Assembly (NCBI GenBank): GCA_013032095.1
Contig: WQBJ01000024.1
Span: 1-40,000, forward strand
DNA length: 40,000 nucleotides
DNA from: Ruegeria atlantica
Lineage (GTDB): Bacteria > Pseudomonadota > Alphaproteobacteria > Rhodobacterales > Rhodobacteraceae
Direction: 5' to 3'
Below the pieces are notes generated by a model. That model made no database searches. It had not been told where the DNA came from and saw only the letters and a program-made list of their open reading frames with translations. How positions within the stretch are numbered: position 1 is the stretch's first letter; every line of letters begins with the position of its first letter. Positions 34,818 through 40,000 of the stretch are shown piece after piece. Both the position numbers and the translations under genes were made by a program.

Positions 34818-36172
34818 GCCGAAACCTCCAGCACGTTGGTGACCTCGCCCTGATCCTCAAAGAAGTAGCGTTCCAGCATCGCTTTGGCCGTCTCCAACCG
34901 GTACGTGGCCGAGGCGCGCATGTCCGTCATTGGGGTGAAGTCGCCTGCGAAAGCTGGCAGTGCTGCATCAACGGTCTCGCGTGTCCATGGTTTGCCGTTC
35001 AGAGCGGCCTCAACATGCGAAGCCCGTTTCGGGATACCAGCCATGCCGCCAAAGGCGATGCGTGCCTGAGAAACGGTGCCATTCGAGATCGTGATGTTGA
35101 AACATCCGCAGACGGCCGAGATATCCTGATCGAAGCGTTTGCTGAGCTTGTACGCCTTCAATCGGTCGGCCTGACGCGGGAGACTGACGGCCTCGACGAA
35201 TTCGCCGGGTGCGCGGTCTTGCTTGCCGTAGTCGATGAAGAAATCTTCAAGCGGGATGGACCGCCGCGCGTCGCCTTTGCGCAAGTGCAAGGTCGCGTCC
35301 AACGCGATTAGCGCGGGCGGGTTGTCTCCAATGGGGGAGCCGTTGGCGATGTTGCCGCCGACCGTGGCCGCATGGCGCACCTGAACGCTGGCATAGCGGC
35401 GGATCATTTCTGCGTATGAAGGATGGAGGTCGGTTAGCGCCTCTTCCATGCGGTTCATGTCTACCATGGCACCGAAACGGAGTTCGTCATCGGTGATCGT
35501 GATCTCTTTCAGGTCGTCGCAACGGTTTAGGAAAATCACCGGGTCGAGGTCGCGCAACTGCTTGGTGACCCATAGGCCTACATCGGTTGCTCCTGCGATT
35601 AGAGTCGCATCGGGGTATTTTGCGTACAATTTGGCCAGTTCGTCGGACGAGCCGGGCAACATGGGCGAGGCCGGTGCGGCGATCGGCTTGTCTTTCACCC
35701 AAGCAGGCACAGGCTGTTCTTCGGCGGCTTCTGCCGCACGGATAATCGGTGCGTAGCCGGTACAACGACACAGGTTGCCCGCAAGCTGGGTGTCATGGTC
35801 CCGAGCACCATTGGCATGACTGGCCACCATCGACATCACAAAACCGGGGGTACAGAAACCGCATTGCGAACCGTGCAGATCAACCATGGCTCGCTGCACA
35901 GGATGCGCTTCGCCATTCGGGCCACTCGCCCCTTCTACGGTGCGGACGGCCTTGCCATGAAGTTGTGGCAGAAACAGAATGCAGGAGTTCAGGGCTTTGG
36001 CCCCGCCATCATCGGTCACCATAACGGTACAGGCCCCGCAATCGCCCTCGTTACAGCCTTCTTTGGTGCCGGTCAGTCCACGATCTTCGCGCAGCCAGTC
36101 CAGTAGGGTCGCTGTCGGATCTACCCCCTCCAGCTCTACTGTCTCTCCGTTCAGAAGAAACGTGACGTTCAT
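34814..36172 (-). CDS. xdhA: Xanthine dehydrogenase small subunit (2Fe-2S + FAD-binding)
   Basis: Ferredoxin-type cluster [12 protein letters not shown]. Second cluster [11 protein letters not shown]...[11 protein letters not shown]-binding domain [13 protein letters not shown]. There is a 4-nt overlap with xdhB. Confidence 0.9.
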   Translation of the reverse strand: MNVTFLLNGETVELEGVDPTATLLDWLREDRGLTGTKEGCNEGDCGACTVMVTDDGGAKALNSCILFLPQLHGKAVRTVEGASGPNGEAHPVQRAMVDLHGSQCGFCTPGFVMSMVASHANGARDHDTQLAGNLCRCTGYAPIIRAAEAAEEQPVPAWVKDKPIAAPASPMLPGSSDELAKLYAKYPDATLIAGATDVGLWVTKQLRDLDPVIFLNRCDDLKEITITDDELRFGAMVDMNRMEEALTDLHPSYAEMIRRYASVQVRHAATVGGNIANGSPIGDNPPALIALDATLHLRKGDARRSIPLEDFFIDYGKQDRAPGEFVEAVSLPRQADRLKAYKLSKRFDQDISAVCGCFNITISNGTVSQARIAFGGMAGIPKRASHVEAALNGKPWTRETVDAALPAFAGDFTPMTDMRASATYRLETAKAMLERYFFEDQGEVTNVLEVSA

Positions 36173-36515
36173 TCGAGAAACCCGTCGCCTTACCTAGTTG
36201 CGCCCGTGTGGCCCTCCTTCGATGCGACGTAGAAAGAGTGGCGGGCGAATAGCTTGCCTTCAGATGTTAGAAACTGGGCGGGTTCTCTGGCAAGAAAAAC
36301 TGCCTACACGATGTATCATTACATCCGAATGGCGCGAAAACACCGGTTCATGATAGCGTTCAGACAATTGAAGTTAAACAGTTTTCTTCTGACACTTGGC
36401 CGTCGACCCCGAAGCACCTTCTGGAAAATCCGAATAATCAAAGCTGATTTTTTAAGCATCCAAAAGCGTCGGTTCCCGCTTTTGCCGCGCTGCTGGCTGA
36501 GATAGCGTAAGCGAT

Positions 36516-39500
36516 ATGAGCAGTACTCCTCGATTCATTCACCTCCGCGTTCACACCGAATATTCCCTGCTGGAAGGCGCCGTGCGGCTGAAAAAGCTGC
36601 CCGCTTTGTGCAAGAAGGCAGAGATGCCCGCGGTTGCAGTGACGGACACCAATTCGATGTTCTCGGCATTGGAGTTTTCCGTGACCGCCAGTGGTGCTGG
36701 TATCCAGCCCATCATGGGGTGTCAGGTTGACCTAACCTATTTGCAGCCGCAACCGGGTGAAAAACCCAAAGTACCCGCGCCTTTAGTTCTGCTGGCGCAG
36801 TCTGAGGTTGGGTATGAGAACCTGATGAAGCTCAGTTCCTGCCTTTACGTCGACAAAGGTGGGCAGCTACCGCAGGTCACACTGGAAGAACTTGCGGACC
36901 GGTCGGACGGCCTAATTTGCCTGACAGGCGGGCCGGATGGACCGGTTGGGATGCTTTTGCAGCAGGGGCAACGCCCGGCGGCGGAGGCTTTGGTTGATCG
37001 GTTGGCAGGGATGTTCCCAAACCGCCTCTATGTCGAATTGCAACGCCATCCGGGTGAGGGCGGTCAGCCCGAAGCGGAACGCCTGACCGAACGCGGCCAT
37101 GTCGAGATGGCCTATGCCAAGAACCTGCCGCTGGTTGCCACCAATGACGTCTATTTCCCGACCTCTGACATGTATGAGGCCCACGACGCGCTGATCTGTA
37201 TCGCCGAGGGTGCTTATGTTGACCAGCAAGATGGTCGCCGCCGCCTGACCGCACAGCACTATTTCAAGTCGCAGCAAGAGATGGTGACGCTGTTTGCCGA
37301 CCTGCCCGAGGCCATCGAGAACACGGTGGAGATCGCCAAGCGCTGCGCATTCATGGCTTATCGCCGAGATCCGATCCTGCCGAAATTCGCTGATGATGAG
37401 GTCGCCGAACTGCGCCGGATCGCCAATGAGGGTTTGCAGAAACGTTTGGCCGTGATCCCGCATGCCGTGACGCCGGAGGAATATCAGGAACGGTTGGATT
37501 TCGAGCTGGGCATCATCGAAGGTATGGGCTTCCCGGGCTATTTCCTGATCGTTGCCGACTTTATCCAATGGGCTAAGGACCACGACATTCCAGTGGGGCC
37601 GGGGCGGGGTTCGGGTGCGGGCTCGCTGGTGGCCTATGCGTTGACAATCACCGACCTTGATCCGCTACGCTATTCGCTGCTGTTCGAACGGTTCCTGAAT
37701 CCGGAACGGGTCTCGATGCCCGACTTCGATATCGACTTCTGCATGGATCGCCGTGAAGAGGTGATCCGTTACGTGCAGCAGAAATACGGGCGCGACAAGG
37801 TGGGGCAGATCATCACCTTCGGTGCCTTGCTGTCGAAGGCCGCGGTGCGCGATATTGGGCGCGTTCTGCAGATGCCATACGGGCAGGTGGACCGTCTGTC
37901 CAAGATGATCCCGGTGGAGGGGGTGAAACCCGTCTCCATCGAAAAGGCGCTGAAAGATGAGCCACGTCTGCGCGAAGAGGCCCGTAACGAAGAGGTTGTC
38001 GACCGGCTGCTCACCTACGGCCAGCAGGTCGAGGGGTTGCTGCGGAACGCGTCAACCCATGCAGCGGGGGTTGTGATCGGGGATCGGCCGTTGGACGCGC
38101 TGGTTCCGCTGTATCAGGACCCTCGTTCCGATATGCCTGCAACCCAGTTCAATATGAAGTGGGTGGAGCAGGCTGGGCTGGTCAAGTTCGACTTTCTCGG
38201 CCTAAAGACCCTGACCGTTATCCAGAACGCGATGGACCTGATTTTCAAATCCGGCAGGTCGCTTCATATCGCGGCGGATGGCACCGAGCTTTATGAACCT
38301 GCTGACGGGGCCGAAAACCAGATCAACGCCATCCCGCTGGATGATGAGGCGACGTATAAACTCTACTCGGCGGCCAAGACCGTGGCCGTGTTCCAGGTGG
38401 AATCGTCGGGCATGATGGATGCGCTCAAGCGCATGAAACCCACGTGTATCGAGGATATCGTTGCCCTCGTGGCGCTGTATCGCCCGGGCCCGATGGAAAA
38501 CATCCCGACCTATTGCGAGGTCAAGAACGGGTTACGCAAAATCACCTCGGTCCACCCTCTGATCGACCATATCCTTGAGGAAACGCAGGGCATCATCGTC
38601 TATCAGGAACAGGTGATGCAGATTGCGCAGGTGATGGCCGGGTACAGCCTTGGTGGCGCTGACCTGCTGCGCCGCGCTATGGGTAAGAAGATCAAAGAGG
38701 CGATGGACGCCGAGCGCCCCAAATTCGAAAAGGGTGCGGGCGAGAATGGCGTAGATGCCAAGAAGGCCAGCGAAGTCTTCGACTTGCTCGAAAAATTCGC
38801 CAACTACGGCTTCAACAAATCTCACGCGGCGGCCTATGCGGTAGTCAGCTATCAGACCGGTTGGCTGAAAGCGAACCACGCGGTCGAGTTCATGGCGGGC
38901 GTCATGAACTGCGATATCCACCTGACCGACAAGCTGGCTGTGTATTTCGAAGAGGTGCGCAAGGGACTTGAATTGCCCTATGTGCCGCCTTGTGTGAACC
39001 GTTCACTGGCAACCTTCGACGTAGTGAACGGCGAGTTGGTCTATGCGCTGGGCGCGCTGAAAAACGTGGGCGCCGAGGCGATGAACCTTGTGGTTGAGGG
39101 GCGCGGGGATAAGCCGTTCGTAAACCTCTTTGATTTTGCCCGTCGTGTCGACCTGAAGAAGGTAGGCAAACGCCCGCTGGAGATGCTGGCCCGCGCAGGC
39201 GCGTTTGATCAACTCGACAAGAACCGCCGCCGGGTCTTCGAAAGCCTCGATCCGTTGGTGCAATATTCCGCGGCGATCCATGATCAGAAGAACTCGAACC
39301 AGGTGTCGCTGTTTGGTGAGGCAGGGGATGATCTGCCCGAACCCCGTTTGTCGCCCACGCCCGACTGGCTACCCGCCGAACGCCTGAGCGAAGAATTCAA
39401 AGCCATAGGCTTCTATCTTTCTGGCCACCCACTGGATGACTACATGCCTGCGTTGAAGCGCAAGAAAGTCATGACGCTGGATGAGGTGACGGAAAAGGCG

Positions 39501-40000
39501 CGCTCGGGTCCGTTCATCGCCAAGATGGCCGGTGTTGTCTCGGGGCGGCAGGAACGGAAATCGGCCAAGGGCAACCGTTTTGCCTTTGCGCAATTGTCCG
39601 ACCCGTCCGGAGCGTATGAAGTCACGCTGTTTTCGGAAACGCTGGAGAAATCGCGTGAATTTTTGGAAACCGGCGCGCAGGTGGTTCTGTCTGCCGAGGC
39701 AACGATGGAGTCGGACCAGTTGAAACTGCTGGCCCGCTCGGTGGGACCTGTGGATTCAGTCGTGGCCGAGGCGGGCGCGACAGGCTTGCGCATCTTCGTG
39801 GATGTGCCCGAAGTGCTGCCGACGGTCGCCAAGGTGCTTGAGGATGCTGCCGGAGCGGCCAAACGGGCCTCGAAAGGCCCGATCTACGTTTGTCTGCTGG
39901 ATCCCGGCCTGCCGGGCGATGTCGAGATGGATTTGGGGCAAGACTTCCCGATCAACCCGCAGATCAAGGGCGCGATAAAGTCCCTGGATGGCGTGACTCT
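36516..40000 (+). CDS. dnaE: DNA polymerase III alpha subunit (3'-truncated by window end)
   Basis: The frame is open from the ATG at 36516 to the window end, and is absent from the track because it has no stop. N-terminal PHP domain MSSTPRFIHLRVHTEYSLLEGA. Later blocks: GPGRGSGAGSLVAY, MPDFDIDF, STHAAGVVI and YRPGPM. Confidence 0.9.
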   Translation, partial: MSSTPRFIHLRVHTEYSLLEGAVRLKKLPALCKKAEMPAVAVTDTNSMFSALEFSVTASGAGIQPIMGCQVDLTYLQPQPGEKPKVPAPLVLLAQSEVGYENLMKLSSCLYVDKGGQLPQVTLEELADRSDGLICLTGGPDGPVGMLLQQGQRPAAEALVDRLAGMFPNRLYVELQRHPGEGGQPEAERLTERGHVEMAYAKNLPLVATNDVYFPTSDMYEAHDALICIAEGAYVDQQDGRRRLTAQHYFKSQQEMVTLFADLPEAIENTVEIAKRCAFMAYRRDPILPKFADDEVAELRRIANEGLQKRLAVIPHAVTPEEYQERLDFELGIIEGMGFPGYFLIVADFIQWAKDHDIPVGPGRGSGAGSLVAYALTITDLDPLRYSLLFERFLNPERVSMPDFDIDFCMDRREEVIRYVQQKYGRDKVGQIITFGALLSKAAVRDIGRVLQMPYGQVDRLSKMIPVEGVKPVSIEKALKDEPRLREEARNEEVVDRLLTYGQQVEGLLRNASTHAAGVVIGDRPLDALVPLYQDPRSDMPATQFNMKWVEQAGLVKFDFLGLKTLTVIQNAMDLIFKSGRSLHIAADGTELYEPADGAENQINAIPLDDEATYKLYSAAKTVAVFQVESSGMMDALKRMKPTCIEDIVALVALYRPGPMENIPTYCEVKNGLRKITSVHPLIDHILEETQGIIVYQEQVMQIAQVMAGYSLGGADLLRRAMGKKIKEAMDAERPKFEKGAGENGVDAKKASEVFDLLEKFANYGFNKSHAAAYAVVSYQTGWLKANHAVEFMAGVMNCDIHLTDKLAVYFEEVRKGLELPYVPPCVNRSLATFDVVNGELVYALGALKNVGAEAMNLVVEGRGDKPFVNLFDFARRVDLKKVGKRPLEMLARAGAFDQLDKNRRRVFESLDPLVQYSAAIHDQKNSNQVSLFGEAGDDLPEPRLSPTPDWLPAERLSEEFKAIGFYLSGHPLDDYMPALKRKKVMTLDEVTEKARSGPFIAKMAGVVSGRQERKSAKGNRFAFAQLSDPSGAYEVTLFSETLEKSREFLETGAQVVLSAEATMESDQLKLLARSVGPVDSVVAEAGATGLRIFVDVPEVLPTVAKVLEDAAGAAKRASKGPIYVCLLDPGLPGDVEMDLGQDFPINPQIKGAIKSLDGVT

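Overview
This is a GC-rich chromosomal window. Gene content and composition suggest an alphaproteobacterium, probably Rhodobacteraceae-like, but that is inference only. Most of it is ordinary core metabolism: tRNA-Gln, an SH3b protein, a 2-hydroxyacid dehydrogenase, ggt, an FAD-linked oxidase, a dimethylglycine-dehydrogenase-type enzyme, a long minus-strand xdhABC plus BMP-type ABC transporter operon, an MFS transporter, an HlyD/DUF3302 pair, and the 5' part of dnaE. The exception is an 11,131-bp insertion at 9412..20542. It has all the hallmarks of a casposon, a self-synthesizing Cas1-dependent transposon. It has perfect 105-bp terminal inverted repeats and an 18-bp direct target-site duplication. 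It encodes a Cas1 homolog with the catalytic E/H/D-E residues but has no cas2 and no CRISPR array. It also encodes a family-B DNA polymerase with all Exo and Pol motifs, an HNH nuclease, an HTH protein and a zinc-ribbon protein. Removing the element and one duplication copy rebuilds a near-perfect bidirectional intrinsic terminator between two convergent host genes, so the element landed in a terminator hairpin. Each TIR carries its own inward-facing terminator-like hairpin. The element also carries two unrecognised cargo genes. One is a 212-aa all-alpha protein downstream of cas1 with an R-x4-H motif. The other is a 1358-aa protein that starts with a HigA-type HTH and continues into domains I cannot assign. 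Perfect repeats and a mosaic base composition suggest a recent, possibly still mobile, insertion. No computation or database search was run, so all calls rest on reading the sequence and the supplied ORF track.
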